Below are positions 27,251 to 37,201 of a DNA stretch of 64,000 nucleotides, in pieces. The stretch spans positions 85,997 to 149,996 of the forward strand of contig JAHBUR010000007.1 in NCBI GenBank assembly GCA_019637975.1, written 5' to 3'. A model generated the notes under the pieces. It was given only the letters and a program-made list of their open reading frames with translations, was not told the DNA's origin and made no database searches. The first letter of the stretch is position 1. The number at the start of each line of letters is the position of its first letter. Position numbers and translations under genes: made by a program. The DNA comes from Bacteroidota bacterium. GTDB lineage: Bacteria; Bacteroidota; Ignavibacteria; UBA10030; UBA6906.

Positions 27251-28675
27251 ATGTCGTCGAGAGCCTTTCTCACGCAATTTCATGAGTTCAGCCGCCGGAA
27301 ACATCTCATTGAAGAGCGTGATCGGATTATTGCCGCAGTCAGCGGCGGGGCCGACTCGATGGTATTGCTGGATTTGTTGGCAAAGGAGCAGGAGTCGTTC
27401 GGGCTGACGATTATTGTTGCTCATTTCAACTTCCGGCTGCGGGGAGCAGAATCCGACGGTGATGAAGCCCTTGTCGCGCGCAGCGCGCGCCACTACGGAT
27501 TTGAATTGTATGTGGAGCATGCCGATACTGAAGCATTTGCCCAGCAGCATCGTGTCGGGATTCAGGAAGCCGCCCGCATGTTGCGGTATGAGTTCTTTGA
27601 CAAACTGTTGCTTTCGAGCGGATTTGACAAAATTGCCACGGCACATAACGCCGACGACAATGTTGAAACGATCATGATGAATCTCTTCCGCGGCTCCGGC
27701 GTAAGCGGACTTGCGGGGATTCCCGTATATCGCGAAGACCGGCGGATTATCCGGCCTTTGCTGTTTGCTGAACGGTCAGAGATTGAGGCCTATGCGGCAG
27801 CCGGGCATCTGACGTTCCGCAATGATTCTTCCAACGAGAAGGATTATTACACCCGGAATTTTATCAGGAATCGTATACTCCCTCTGATCAAAGAGGAAGT
27901 GAATCGGGGTGTTGTTTCGACGATGAATCGATTGGCGGAAGTGTTTCGTGAGTTGGATGTGTTCCTGAAAGAGACAGCGCACGCCCGGTATCAGCCCGTT
28001 GTCGTGTTCGACAGTAATGAGGAGCTGCATCTTTCCATTTCAAAGCTGAGGACAATTCCGAAGCTCATTCAACATTACATTATTATGATGGCTTCGGAAG
28101 CGTTCTCCGGAACAAAACTCGAATACGATCAAGTAAGCCGGGTTTTGGAGTTAACAGAAGGGTTGACCGGGTCGCGTGTGGAAATCGACAAGAATTCGGT
28201 TGTCTATCGGGATCGGGATCATCTGGTCTTTCGACGCGTTGAAGAGAAGGTGGAGTTCCGGTTTGCAGTTCTTCCGGCTCATCGCTACCGGTTCGAGCGG
28301 TTCGAGTTTTCGTCGGAGATTCTTGAAACGCGCAGCGCGCCGACGAACGGGAGGAACACGGAGTATATTGATGCGGACAAGGTCGAAGGCCAGGAACTTG
28401 TCATCCGCTCGTGGCGGGAGGGAGATTGGTTCGTTCCGCTTGGCATGACGAGCCGCAAGAAGCTCAGCGATTTTTTCGTTGATGCCAAGATCCCCGTGTT
28501 CGAGAAACCGTTTATTCCGATTCTCGAAACAAAACGGGGCGACATTGTGTGGGTGTGCGGATACAGAATTGACGAACGATTCAAAGTGACGTTGGAAACG
28601 CGGAGGGTGATGAAACTTCATTTTTCTTTACTACCAAAGCAGAATGCCCTTCAACAAAAAGAGTCTGAAAATTAA
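27251..28675 (+). CDS. tilS: tRNA(Ile)-lysidine synthetase
   Basis: PP-loop SGGADSMVLLDLL. It holds the conserved position before hpt-ftsH. The start choice (MSSRAF) is uncertain; the ORF extends up to 27140. Confidence 0.8.
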   Translation: MSSRAFLTQFHEFSRRKHLIEERDRIIAAVSGGADSMVLLDLLAKEQESFGLTIIVAHFNFRLRGAESDGDEALVARSARHYGFELYVEHADTEAFAQQHRVGIQEAARMLRYEFFDKLLLSSGFDKIATAHNADDNVETIMMNLFRGSGVSGLAGIPVYREDRRIIRPLLFAERSEIEAYAAAGHLTFRNDSSNEKDYYTRNFIRNRILPLIKEEVNRGVVSTMNRLAEVFRELDVFLKETAHARYQPVVVFDSNEELHLSISKLRTIPKLIQHYIIMMASEAFSGTKLEYDQVSRVLELTEGLTGSRVEIDKNSVVYRDRDHLVFRRVEEKVEFRFAVLPAHRYRFERFEFSSEILETRSAPTNGRNTEYIDADKVEGQELVIRSWREGDWFVPLGMTSRKKLSDFFVDAKIPVFEKPFIPILETKRGDIVWVCGYRIDERFKVTLETRRVMKLHFSLLPKQNALQQKESEN

Positions 28676-29198
28676 CGGGGATCGCTTCGTTGTCATGCTG
28701 AGCGAGCGTCGGATCAAAGCAAAAGTGAAAGAACTTGCCCGGACGATCAGCAAAGACTACAAAGGCACTGTGCCGGTGTTTATCGGCATACTGAACGGCT
28801 CATTCATCTTCTTTTCAGACTTGATTCGTGAAGTGAGTATCGACTGCGAAATCGACTTTCTCAAACTCTCCAGCTACGGAGATGCGAAGATTTCGTCGGG
28901 GAACGTCCGGTTGCTGAAGGATTTGAATTGCCAGGTGGAGGGACGTGACATCATCATTGTGGAAGATATCATTGATTCCGGGCTCTCGATGGAGTATATC
29001 CGCGATCTGATCCGCCATCAGAACCCAAAGTCGTTTCGCGTTGTTACTCTACTGTACAAGAAAGATGCGGTAAAGACGCAGATGAAGATTGACTACATCG
29101 GATTTTCGATTCCTAAGGATTTTGTGATCGGGTACGGCCTTGATTACGCGCAGAAACTGCGGCACCTCAAGGCAATCTACCGGTTGAAGGAAAGCTGA
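28644..29198 (+). CDS. hpt: hypoxanthine-guanine phosphoribosyltransferase
   Basis: PRPP-binding motif IIIVEDIIDSGLSM. tilS-hpt-ftsH synteny. Confidence 0.85.
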   Translation: MPFNKKSLKINGDRFVVMLSERRIKAKVKELARTISKDYKGTVPVFIGILNGSFIFFSDLIREVSIDCEIDFLKLSSYGDAKISSGNVRLLKDLNCQVEGRDIIIVEDIIDSGLSMEYIRDLIRHQNPKSFRVVTLLYKKDAVKTQMKIDYIGFSIPKDFVIGYGLDYAQKLRHLKAIYRLKES

Positions 29199-29219
29199 TT
29201 TTACGTTAACGAGGAAGAG

Positions 29220-31256
29220 ATGGACGAAAAAAAGAAAACAGACGGTGGTATGCGCTCCGGGGATTCGGACAAGAAACGCGGGTTTCAGCGACCAGCAAAA
29301 AAACGTCCCGGGCAGCAATTCCGACCGGACGATGATTTCAACTGGAACAGGGTGCTGAAGGTTGTTCTCAGCTGGTCGGCAATTATTGTTCTCGTGTTTG
29401 TGATGATGCAGATGTTCAAAGGACCGGAAGGTGCCGAGCAGGAGATCACGTACACCGAGTATCAGGCATATCTGCAAGCAAATGATATCGCCGAGGCCAC
29501 AATCAAAAAATCGGATTTGGCCAACTACGATTTTCATGGCAAGTTGCGTGAACGCAAGAGAGTGATGCGGGGCGGCAAGGAAGTTGTGTTTGATAAGTTT
29601 GTTCTCACCCTGCCGATTCTCGACAGCGCTGTCATAAAGGATTGGACTGACCGCGGGCTCAAATTCACCGTTGTTCGTGAAGACAATACGTGGATCAGCG
29701 CGCTGATCGGGATCCTGCCGTGGATATTGCTGCTGGTTGTCTGGCTTATCATCATGCGACGGATGCAAGGCGGCGGGCCGAAGGGCATCTTCTCCTTTGG
29801 AAAGAGCCGCGCAAAAATGCTGAACGAAGGCGCCCCAAAGGTGACGTTCCTCGACGTCGCCGGAGCAGACGAAGCGAAGGTCGAGTTGCAGGAGATTATC
29901 GAGTTTCTCAAAGAGCCGACGAAATTCCAGAAACTCGGCGGCAAGATTCCCCGCGGCGTGCTTCTCCTCGGCCCTCCCGGTACGGGAAAAACTCTTCTCG
30001 CCCGCGCCGTTGCCGGAGAAGCGGGTGTGCCGTTCTTCTCGATTTCTGGTGCCGATTTTGTCGAGATGTTCGTCGGTGTTGGAGCGAGCCGTGTGCGCGA
30101 TCTGTTTGAGCAGGGAAAGAAAAGCGCTCCCTGCATCATCTTCATCGATGAAATCGACGCCGTCGGCCGTCACCGCGGCGCGGGTCTCGGCGGCGGACAT
30201 GATGAACGTGAACAGACGTTGAATCAGTTGCTTGTTGAGATGGATGGCTTTGAGCAGAATAGCGGCGTCATCATCATCGCGGCAACCAATCGTCCCGATG
30301 TGCTCGATCCTGCTTTGATGCGTCCGGGCCGTTTCGACCGGCAAGTTGTTGTCGATCGTCCCGATGTGAAGGGGAGAGAAGGAATTCTCCGCGTACATAC
30401 GAAGAATATTCCTCTTGCTGAAGATGTGAAGCTCGAGACGCTTGCCAAGGGCTCGCCGGGACTTGCGGGCGCCGAGCTTGCCAACCTCGTCAACGAGGCT
30501 GCGCTTCTTGCCGCACGGCAAAATGACAAGGCCGTTTCGATGCGTCACTTTGAAGAGGCAAAGGACAAAGTGATGATGGGGATGGAACGGAAGAGTATGA
30601 TCATTTCCGAAAAGGAAAAGAAGATCACTTCCTATCACGAAATCGGGCATGTGTTGGTGGCGCGGATGATTCCCGAAGCCGACCCTGTGCATAAAGTGAC
30701 GATCATCCCGCGCGGCAGGGCGCTCGGTTTGACAACCTACCTGCCGATTGATGAAAAGCATACATACTCGAAGGCGTATCTCGAAGCGATGATCTGCTAC
30801 GCATTGGGCGGACGGGCAGCTGAGAAGCTGATTTTTGGTGAGCTGACAACCGGCGCCGGCAACGACATTGAGCGTTCCACGGAAATCGCCAGAAAAATGG
30901 TGTGCGAGTGGGGAATGAGCGAGACGCTCGGCCCGTTGACGTACGGCCAGAAAGATGAAGAGATCTTCCTCGGGCGGCAAATCACGCGCCAGAGAAACTA
31001 CAGTGAAGACACGGCGATTGCCATTGACGCGGAAGTGAAGAAAATTGTCGAGGGAGGTATGAACCGGGCGGAGAAGATTCTCCACGAAAATATGGATTTG
31101 CTGCACCGGCTTTCACAAGCGTTGCTCGAACGCGAAATTCTCGACGCAAACGAAATCGACACGATCATCCGCGGTGAAGAGCTTCCGCCGCTGGAAAAAC
31201 GGGGGAACGGACACATCGAACCTGCCCCTGTTGGCTCCTCCGATATCAAGAAATGA
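29220..31256 (+). CDS. ftsH: ATP-dependent zinc metalloprotease FtsH
   Basis: Walker A GPPGTGKT, second region of homology, HEIGHVLV zinc site. TM segments flank a periplasmic domain. Confidence 0.95.
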   Translation: MDEKKKTDGGMRSGDSDKKRGFQRPAKKRPGQQFRPDDDFNWNRVLKVVLSWSAIIVLVFVMMQMFKGPEGAEQEITYTEYQAYLQANDIAEATIKKSDLANYDFHGKLRERKRVMRGGKEVVFDKFVLTLPILDSAVIKDWTDRGLKFTVVREDNTWISALIGILPWILLLVVWLIIMRRMQGGGPKGIFSFGKSRAKMLNEGAPKVTFLDVAGADEAKVELQEIIEFLKEPTKFQKLGGKIPRGVLLLGPPGTGKTLLARAVAGEAGVPFFSISGADFVEMFVGVGASRVRDLFEQGKKSAPCIIFIDEIDAVGRHRGAGLGGGHDEREQTLNQLLVEMDGFEQNSGVIIIAATNRPDVLDPALMRPGRFDRQVVVDRPDVKGREGILRVHTKNIPLAEDVKLETLAKGSPGLAGAELANLVNEAALLAARQNDKAVSMRHFEEAKDKVMMGMERKSMIISEKEKKITSYHEIGHVLVARMIPEADPVHKVTIIPRGRALGLTTYLPIDEKHTYSKAYLEAMICYALGGRAAEKLIFGELTTGAGNDIERSTEIARKMVCEWGMSETLGPLTYGQKDEEIFLGRQITRQRNYSEDTAIAIDAEVKKIVEGGMNRAEKILHENMDLLHRLSQALLEREILDANEIDTIIRGEELPPLEKRGNGHIEPAPVGSSDIKK

Positions 31257-31918
31257 ATGGCTTTCCGAATGTCGAGCAGAGTTATGCTGTTGAATTAGTC
31301 CGCAAGACGATTCACCTCTGCTCGCTTTCGATTCCCGTCGTCTATTACTTCATCACCAAATCCACGGCGCTGTCCATTCTTCTTCCTCTCACGCTGCTGT
31401 TCGGGCTGTCCGATCTTGCCCGCGTCTATCACCCGCCAACCAGGGAACTCTATCACAAGCTGTTTGGCTGGCTGCTGAGAAAACATGAGTTGGATGACGG
31501 CGAACGGAATCTCAACGGGGCGACATACGTTCTCATTGCCGCCTGTCTGTTTATCTGGATCTTTCCGAAAGTTGTGTTCATAACCGCCTTCTCCATTCTG
31601 ATTATTTCCGACACGCTCGCGGCGTTGGTGGGACGCAAGTTCGGCAAGCGCCGGTTTCTCAACAAAAGCCTGGAAGGCGCGGCCGCTTTTTTCCTGAGCG
31701 CCCTTGTGGTGGTTGCCCTCACCCCGAAAGTCGATGGCGGGTGGATGGAATATCTGATCGGCGGGATTGCCGCATTGGCGGGAGCCGTTGTCGAGTCGTG
31801 GCTCACGAAGTTTGACGACAACCTCTCGATCCCTCTCGTCGTCGGGGCGGTGATGTGGGCGTTGTATGCACTGCTGCTTCCCGCGGTCGACGTGTATGCC
31901 CTCGATATGCTTCGCTGA
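31253..31918 (+). CDS. CdsA/dolichol-kinase-like cytidylyltransferase-family membrane protein
   Basis: Polytopic membrane protein. The LIISDTLAALVGRKFGKRRF segment resembles the CTP-transferase 1 family signature. Confidence 0.55.
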   Translation: MNGFPNVEQSYAVELVRKTIHLCSLSIPVVYYFITKSTALSILLPLTLLFGLSDLARVYHPPTRELYHKLFGWLLRKHELDDGERNLNGATYVLIAACLFIWIFPKVVFITAFSILIISDTLAALVGRKFGKRRFLNKSLEGAAAFFLSALVVVALTPKVDGGWMEYLIGGIAALAGAVVESWLTKFDDNLSIPLVVGAVMWALYALLLPAVDVYALDMLR

Positions 31919-31926
31919 AATTCTGC

Positions 31927-32394
31927 ATGACCAACTTCACACATGTCTATCTTTCCGGCGGGATGGAGTACGCCGACAACGAGGGGCGTGACTGGCGGCA
32001 GGAGATGCACACTTGGCTCGAAGAAAACCTCAAGTGCAGAGTCTTCAATCCCAACGTCGAAAGCGACCGCTTCTTTGCCCGCAACTACCCCCGTATCGAC
32101 GTTCGTGCGCTCAAGGAGAAAGACATCGTGACCTATGCGGCGATTGTTGCGCAACTCGTTGACATCGACTGCAAGGAAATTGCCGAGCGGTCGGAGCTGG
32201 TGATTTGTTATTGGGATGATTCCGCGATGCGCGGCGCCGGCACAAAAGGGGAGTTGACGATGGCAAAGTACTTCAGCAAGCCGGTGTACATGGTCACCTC
32301 CATGCCCTACACCGAAATTCCCGGCTGGGTGTTGGGATGCACAACGCTGATCTTCTCATCGTTTGATGAGTTGAAGAAGTTTTTGATGATGTGA
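31927..32394 (+). CDS. nucleoside 2-deoxyribosyltransferase / DNPH1-like (SLOG-fold) protein
   Basis: N-terminal VYLSGGMEYADNEGRDWRQ and C-terminal DDSAMRGAGTKGELTMAKYFSKPVYMV match the YxxG...D.GT..E.G.A...KPV pattern of the NDT/DNPH1 family. Host-like GC. Confidence 0.5.
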   Translation: MTNFTHVYLSGGMEYADNEGRDWRQEMHTWLEENLKCRVFNPNVESDRFFARNYPRIDVRALKEKDIVTYAAIVAQLVDIDCKEIAERSELVICYWDDSAMRGAGTKGELTMAKYFSKPVYMVTSMPYTEIPGWVLGCTTLIFSSFDELKKFLMM

Positions 32395-32483
32395 GCCAAT
32401 CGATCCCCATCAGCGTGATTGGAATACCCGATTGATTTTGCTATCTTTGCTACAAATTAACAATTCTCCTCAGGTTTCCTCCA

Positions 32484-33905
32484 TTGAATGAACTTGTAGA
32501 AATATTCCCTACTGAACGGCAGAAGCTCTACGAGAGGTTTGCAGACAAGCTTCAGACGGCGTCTCATCTCAATCGCCAACTTGTGAGCTTTCAGGCGAAC
32601 AAAGAGGAACCGATTTATCGCTGGTTCAAATACAAGGAGGGGTTTTCTTCAGGGCTCGTTAAGTATTTCCTGAACAAGTATTCAGATAAACCGGGGAGAC
32701 TTCTTGATCCTTTCGCCGGAGTAGGAACAACCTTATTCGCTGGCCAGTCACTTGGTTGGGATTCTTATGGCATTGAAGTTCTACCCGTTGGCGTTTTTGT
32801 TATGCAGACAAGGGAGGCCTTGCCCAAGATTAATCCACTTAATTTAAGCGAGAGCATCCAGACCTTTTGGTCAGAATTCGACAGAATTGAGAATTCCAAG
32901 ACCCTTTTCAATCACATATCAATCACAAGAGATGCCTTCCCAGATGACACTGAAGTTGCCCTAAATCGATTCCTTACATACTGCGAAAGTTTGCATAACA
33001 AGGACATCAAAACACTCTTGAGGTTTGCCGCATTCTCTCTTCTTGAAGAAATCAGCTACACGAGAAAAGACGGGCAATACCTCAGATGGGACTACCGTTC
33101 CAAGAGGGACTTGGCAGGTAAACCTTTCAATAAAGGCAGAATCCTCACTTTCGAGCAGGCATTAAGATTAAAACTCTCTCACATTGTGGCCGACCTTGGC
33201 CCTCAGAATGACTCACTCTTTGACACTCCAAGTGACAACGGGCACGATAAGCGGCCCATCAATATCATAGAGGGGTCATGTCTAGCGAAACTGCCAACTC
33301 TAGATAATGACTCCTTCGATTTCATTGTAACATCGCCGCCATACTGCAATCGCTATGATTACACAAGAACTTACGCGCTCGAACTAGTCTTTCTCGGATG
33401 CGATTCTGACAAGGTACGCAACCTGCGCCAAGAACTTTTGTCATGCACCGTCGAAAACAAAGAGAAACTAGAACAACTGAGACAACTCTACACTTCTTTC
33501 GGCAAAAGTGAGTCCTTTGATTCGGTGCTTCGTGTATACGATTCTTCACTTGCAATGACTGAAGTGAACGCCATCCTAGCCGAACTCAATAAATTGGAGA
33601 AACTCAACAACAACAATATTCCGAGAATGGTGCGCAACTACTTTCTCGAGATGTGTTTTGTAGTCTCCGAAATGGCCAGAGTTACCAAGAGTGGCGGGTA
33701 TTGCGTTATGGTAAACGACAATGTTCGCTATGGTGGTGAAGAGATTCCTGTCGACCTTATTCTCTCCGAGTTTGCTGAGGGATTTGGCTTCATCGTTCGG
33801 AATATTTTTGTCCTGCCCAGAGGCAAGGGAAACAGCAGCCAACAGATGGGAAACTATGGTCGAACGGAAATTCGAAAGTGCGTGTATCTATGGCAAAAAC
33901 GATGA
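32484..33905 (+). CDS. N6-adenine/N4-cytosine DNA methyltransferase (motif I DPFAGVGTT, motif IV SPPY; alpha-like order)
   Basis: LLDPFAGVGTTLFAG and FIVTSPPYCNRYDY. TTG start (no in-frame ATG). Markedly lower GC than the flanks. Confidence 0.8.
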   Translation: MNELVEIFPTERQKLYERFADKLQTASHLNRQLVSFQANKEEPIYRWFKYKEGFSSGLVKYFLNKYSDKPGRLLDPFAGVGTTLFAGQSLGWDSYGIEVLPVGVFVMQTREALPKINPLNLSESIQTFWSEFDRIENSKTLFNHISITRDAFPDDTEVALNRFLTYCESLHNKDIKTLLRFAAFSLLEEISYTRKDGQYLRWDYRSKRDLAGKPFNKGRILTFEQALRLKLSHIVADLGPQNDSLFDTPSDNGHDKRPINIIEGSCLAKLPTLDNDSFDFIVTSPPYCNRYDYTRTYALELVFLGCDSDKVRNLRQELLSCTVENKEKLEQLRQLYTSFGKSESFDSVLRVYDSSLAMTEVNAILAELNKLEKLNNNNIPRMVRNYFLEMCFVVSEMARVTKSGGYCVMVNDNVRYGGEEIPVDLILSEFAEGFGFIVRNIFVLPRGKGNSSQQMGNYGRTEIRKCVYLWQKR

Positions 33906-34858
33906 GACGTCAAAGTCCAATCACATCAGCGGAAGACCTGGTTACTCCGCGTGAGAAAACAAGGGCTGGTTTTATATCGCTTGCCCTGGAGAAAAACTAC
34001 TTAGCTGTCCCTTACATCGAAGAAGCAAAGGCATTGAAATCGCTTGCAGCCAGGGTTTCACACCCCACAGACCTACTGCAAGTCAAAGACCTGAGAGTTG
34101 GTTTGCTCACCGCTTCGGGCCTTTCCGACAAATCCTTGAACTATTTGACTGAAACAGATAAGACGCTCGCTATAAAGGAAATGATAGAGAAGTTTCTTGA
34201 ACCAGCGGGGGGGGACTTCATCGATGAACTCGTTTATCGCTATCTGCTGACGAAGGGGGATGCGTTAGGCGGGAAAGCAAGAAATCTCGCTGGAGTCTTG
34301 GGCGAGAGAAAGTTCTTGCGCACATTGTTGTCGGTTTTCAATCTATCGGGCATCAGCTACCAATGGAAAGATGACGAAACTAATACATGGCATGCACGAT
34401 TGAAAGATGACACAGATATCGAAAAGCGAACCAAAGGCTTGTACTGGGCAAACAATGGGCGCAACCGGCTTCTGATGATGAACATCAGAGTGCCAGTTGT
34501 GGAAAAGAACGTCGACCTGTCAATCTTGGACGGTACAGTCCTTGACTTGCGCAAGGGCAGTCAATCCATTTTACACAAGACCGACGCATATGTAGCCCTT
34601 GGAGAACTAAAAGGCGGCATTGATCCCGCTGGCGCAGACGAACACTGGAAGACCGCCAATTCTGCCTTGGAGCGAATCAGAATTAGTTTCAGCAAGAGGA
34701 AGGAGAAGCCACGGACATTTTTTGTCGGTGCGGCAATCGAGAACAGTATGGCTTCTGAAATCTTCAAGCAAATACAAAGTGGAGCTCTCGACAATGCTGC
34801 AAACCTTACAAATGATAACCAGTTGGCATCTATCTGCGAGTGGATTGTGAATTTGTAG
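33902..34858 (+). CDS. putative cognate restriction endonuclease (hypothetical protein)
   Basis: Its ATG overlaps the MTase stop (ATGA). It is co-directional and low-GC like the MTase. A possible D...ExK catalytic motif lies in TDAYVALGELKGG. No family match is recognisable by eye. Confidence 0.45.
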   Translation: MRRQSPITSAEDLVTPREKTRAGFISLALEKNYLAVPYIEEAKALKSLAARVSHPTDLLQVKDLRVGLLTASGLSDKSLNYLTETDKTLAIKEMIEKFLEPAGGDFIDELVYRYLLTKGDALGGKARNLAGVLGERKFLRTLLSVFNLSGISYQWKDDETNTWHARLKDDTDIEKRTKGLYWANNGRNRLLMMNIRVPVVEKNVDLSILDGTVLDLRKGSQSILHKTDAYVALGELKGGIDPAGADEHWKTANSALERIRISFSKRKEKPRTFFVGAAIENSMASEIFKQIQSGALDNAANLTNDNQLASICEWIVNL

Positions 34859-34907
34859 GTTGTAAAGAACCCTTCCGGCTGCCACGGCAAGATTGCTGTG
34901 TCAAGGA

Positions 34908-34978
34908 GCCGTGACAATATCCTCGGCTGAATCGTCACGGCGCGATGAGTATGCCCTGCTGCCGTGACGACCGAGGCT
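34908..34978. repeat. nested imperfect palindromes (GCCGTGAC/GTCACGGC; TCGTCACGGC/GCCGTGACGA; CCTCGGCT/AGCCGAGG) immediately 3' of the R-M cassette
   Basis: Read directly from the sequence. Could be a structured terminator or an insertion-junction remnant. Confidence 0.5.
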
Positions 34979-35152
34979 CTTAAAATTGAAGCGAAGGCTG
35001 TTGAGATGACGTACCCGCAGGTGATGTAAGCTCATGTGTCGGGACGGGAGTCCCGAACTACAGTCGAGGTTCATTCGTTGATATTTCCTGCACGAATGCG
35101 TACTTTAATACAGCAACAATGTGCCAACGAAGACTACGAAGGAACGACAGCC

Positions 35153-35476
35153 ATGGCTGAACAGAGCATGACAGCAATCTCCGAAACCTCAGTGTACGAC
35201 GCCCTCCGCGAATGTTACGATCCCGAAATCCCCGTCAACCTTGTTGACCTCGGGCTTATTTATGATGTGAAGATTATCGACGATTGGGTCGGCGTGAAGA
35301 TGACGCTGACTTCGCCGGGCTGCGGCATGAGCGGCATGATCTCACAAAACGTACGGAATCGTGTCATGAGAATCCCCGGCGTTAAGGAAGCGGATGTTCG
35401 CATCGTCTGGCAACCCGCCTGGACTCCGGCCATGATGTCGGCTGAGGCAAGAAAGAAATTGGGGATGGGCGGCTGA
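35153..35476 (+). CDS. sufT: DUF59/MIP18-family Fe-S cluster assembly protein (SufT-like)
   Basis: VYDALRECYDPEIPVNLVDLGLIYDV...LTSPGCGMSGMI is typical of DUF59. Confidence 0.7.
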   Translation: MAEQSMTAISETSVYDALRECYDPEIPVNLVDLGLIYDVKIIDDWVGVKMTLTSPGCGMSGMISQNVRNRVMRIPGVKEADVRIVWQPAWTPAMMSAEARKKLGMGG

Positions 35477-35481
35477 CCGCT

Positions 35482-35838
35482 TCACTTCACCCAAAGAACC
35501 GTAATGCCGGGGTTGCTGCAGTTCAGATCGATATCCGGGTATTGTCCCACTTCTCCCCGCATTTCCTGAACATCAGCGTTGTACATTTCGTAGTCCTCGC
35601 CGTTGATGACTTCCCTCACCCGTGAACGCTGACGGAATGCCCAATTCCGAACCACCTCTCTCGTCGAGCCACCCTTGCCACTGCTGCCATGACCGTGAAT
35701 GATCTTGAGAATGCAAAGCGCCTTCGAGTTTCTCACCATCGAAAGCGCTGCACTCAGCTCCCGTTCAACAACATCGGGATGACGCGGCGGGTGTGCGACA
35801 TCTATTGTATGAATGACACTCATGCTCGCCCTGTTCAT
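35482..35838 (-). CDS. Smr-domain protein
   Basis: LKIIHGHGSSGKGGSTREVVRNWAFRQ matches the Smr signature. The start codon is uncertain; the ORF extends to 35916. Confidence 0.55.
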   Translation of the reverse strand: MNRASMSVIHTIDVAHPPRHPDVVERELSAALSMVRNSKALCILKIIHGHGSSGKGGSTREVVRNWAFRQRSRVREVINGEDYEMYNADVQEMRGEVGQYPDIDLNCSNPGITVLWVK

Positions 35839-35884
35839 TGCTATTGGCAGACTCAATAAATATATTTTTTCCGTCAACAACATC

Positions 35885-36325
35885 ATGAAGGCCGCTACTC
35901 TGACACACAAAGACACGTTGCTTCTTCAGAACGCCCGTTTCTACGAGGCATTCGAAAGCGCCGACCTTTCTGCATTGGATGATGTGTGGAGTCATGCCGG
36001 AAGCGTGAAGTGCATCCATCCCGGCTGGCATCTGCTCGAAGGCTGGCCTGCAATCAGGGAAAGCTGGGAGAGGATTTTCCGGGCGAACGCCAATATGAAA
36101 ATTTCTCTTCGCAATATTTCGGCGGAGATACGGGGAACATTAGGCATCGTGACGTTGATTGAAGAAATCTCCTACACAACTCCGAACTCAATCCGCACAG
36201 GTTCGATCATGGCGACAAACATCTTCGAACGGGTTGATGACGGTTGGAAGATGATTCACCATCACGGCTCTCCAATGATGGTAGCCGAGGAAGAGGGAAG
36301 TGACAACAACTTCCGGTACAACTGA
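35885..36325 (+). CDS. NTF2-like/SnoaL-like (DUF4440-type) protein
   Basis: LLLQNARFYEAFESADLSALDDVWSHAGSVKCIHPGW is a ketosteroid-isomerase-like pattern. Directly upstream of hpnCDE. Confidence 0.6.
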   Translation: MKAATLTHKDTLLLQNARFYEAFESADLSALDDVWSHAGSVKCIHPGWHLLEGWPAIRESWERIFRANANMKISLRNISAEIRGTLGIVTLIEEISYTTPNSIRTGSIMATNIFERVDDGWKMIHHHGSPMMVAEEEGSDNNFRYN

Positions 36326-36329
36326 TCTG

Positions 36330-37199
36330 ATGAATTCCCGCACGCATTCTTCTCCGTCCATTGAACGGGCGTTCAAACATTGTGAAGAGATCGCCCGCAC
36401 GCACTACGAGAATTTCCCCGTTGCATCTTTCTTTCTCCCCAAACACCTCAGGCCCTACGTTGCAGCAGTGTATGCCTTCGCAAGAACAGCCGATGATTTT
36501 GCCGACGAAGGCTCGATTCCTCCGGAGCAGCGGTTGGAGAAACTTGAGGGCTGGCAGCGACAATTGGATGAATGTTATGATGGGAATGCCGAAGACCCCA
36601 TCTTCATTGCGTTGGCCGAAGTCGTGCGTGAAAAGAAGATTCCGAAACAATTGTTGTCAGATTTGCTGACGGCCTTCAAAATGGACGTGACGACGAACCG
36701 GTATGCGACGTTCGACGATCTCATGTTTTACTGCAGGCATTCGGCAAATCCCGTTGGGAGGATTGTGCTTCATTTGTTCGATGATGCCTCCGAGCGAAAC
36801 ATGATGCTGTCTGACTCGATATGTACGGCGTTGCAGCTTGCGAACTTTTGGCAGGATATCGGCGTTGATGCGAGCAAGGGACGCATCTATATCCCGCTTG
36901 AAGATATTCGTCGTTTTGGCTATACTGAAACGGATCTTCTGGCCCGGCAACGGGATGAGCGTTTCATCGGGCTGTTGAAGTTTGAAGTTGAACGAACGCA
37001 AGCGCTGTTTAATGAGGGACGCCCGCTGTTGAGTGAAGCCACTCGTCGTTTGCGGTTTGAATTGGCCCTCACGTGGCACGGCGGCGTAATGATTCTCCGG
37101 AAGATAGAGCGTCAAGAGTACAATGTGTTTGTTCGTCGTCCGACGATTACCTCGACGGATAAGTTTTCAATTGTGATGAGATCATTGTTTCAGCGATAG
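36330..37199 (+). CDS. hpnC: hydroxysqualene synthase (squalene/phytoene synthase family)
   Basis: HYENFPVASFFLP and YAFARTADDFADEG (DxxxD) motifs. An alternative ATG at 36300 overlaps the upstream gene. Confidence 0.75.
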   Translation: MNSRTHSSPSIERAFKHCEEIARTHYENFPVASFFLPKHLRPYVAAVYAFARTADDFADEGSIPPEQRLEKLEGWQRQLDECYDGNAEDPIFIALAEVVREKKIPKQLLSDLLTAFKMDVTTNRYATFDDLMFYCRHSANPVGRIVLHLFDDASERNMMLSDSICTALQLANFWQDIGVDASKGRIYIPLEDIRRFGYTETDLLARQRDERFIGLLKFEVERTQALFNEGRPLLSEATRRLRFELALTWHGGVMILRKIERQEYNVFVRRPTITSTDKFSIVMRSLFQR

Positions 37200-37201
37200 G
37201 T

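Noticed and set aside
29049-31106. 685-aa ORF on the minus strand
   Set aside because: Entirely antisense to ftsH, whose AAA+ and HEXXH motifs are unambiguous. It is a GC-rich shadow ORF with no motifs.
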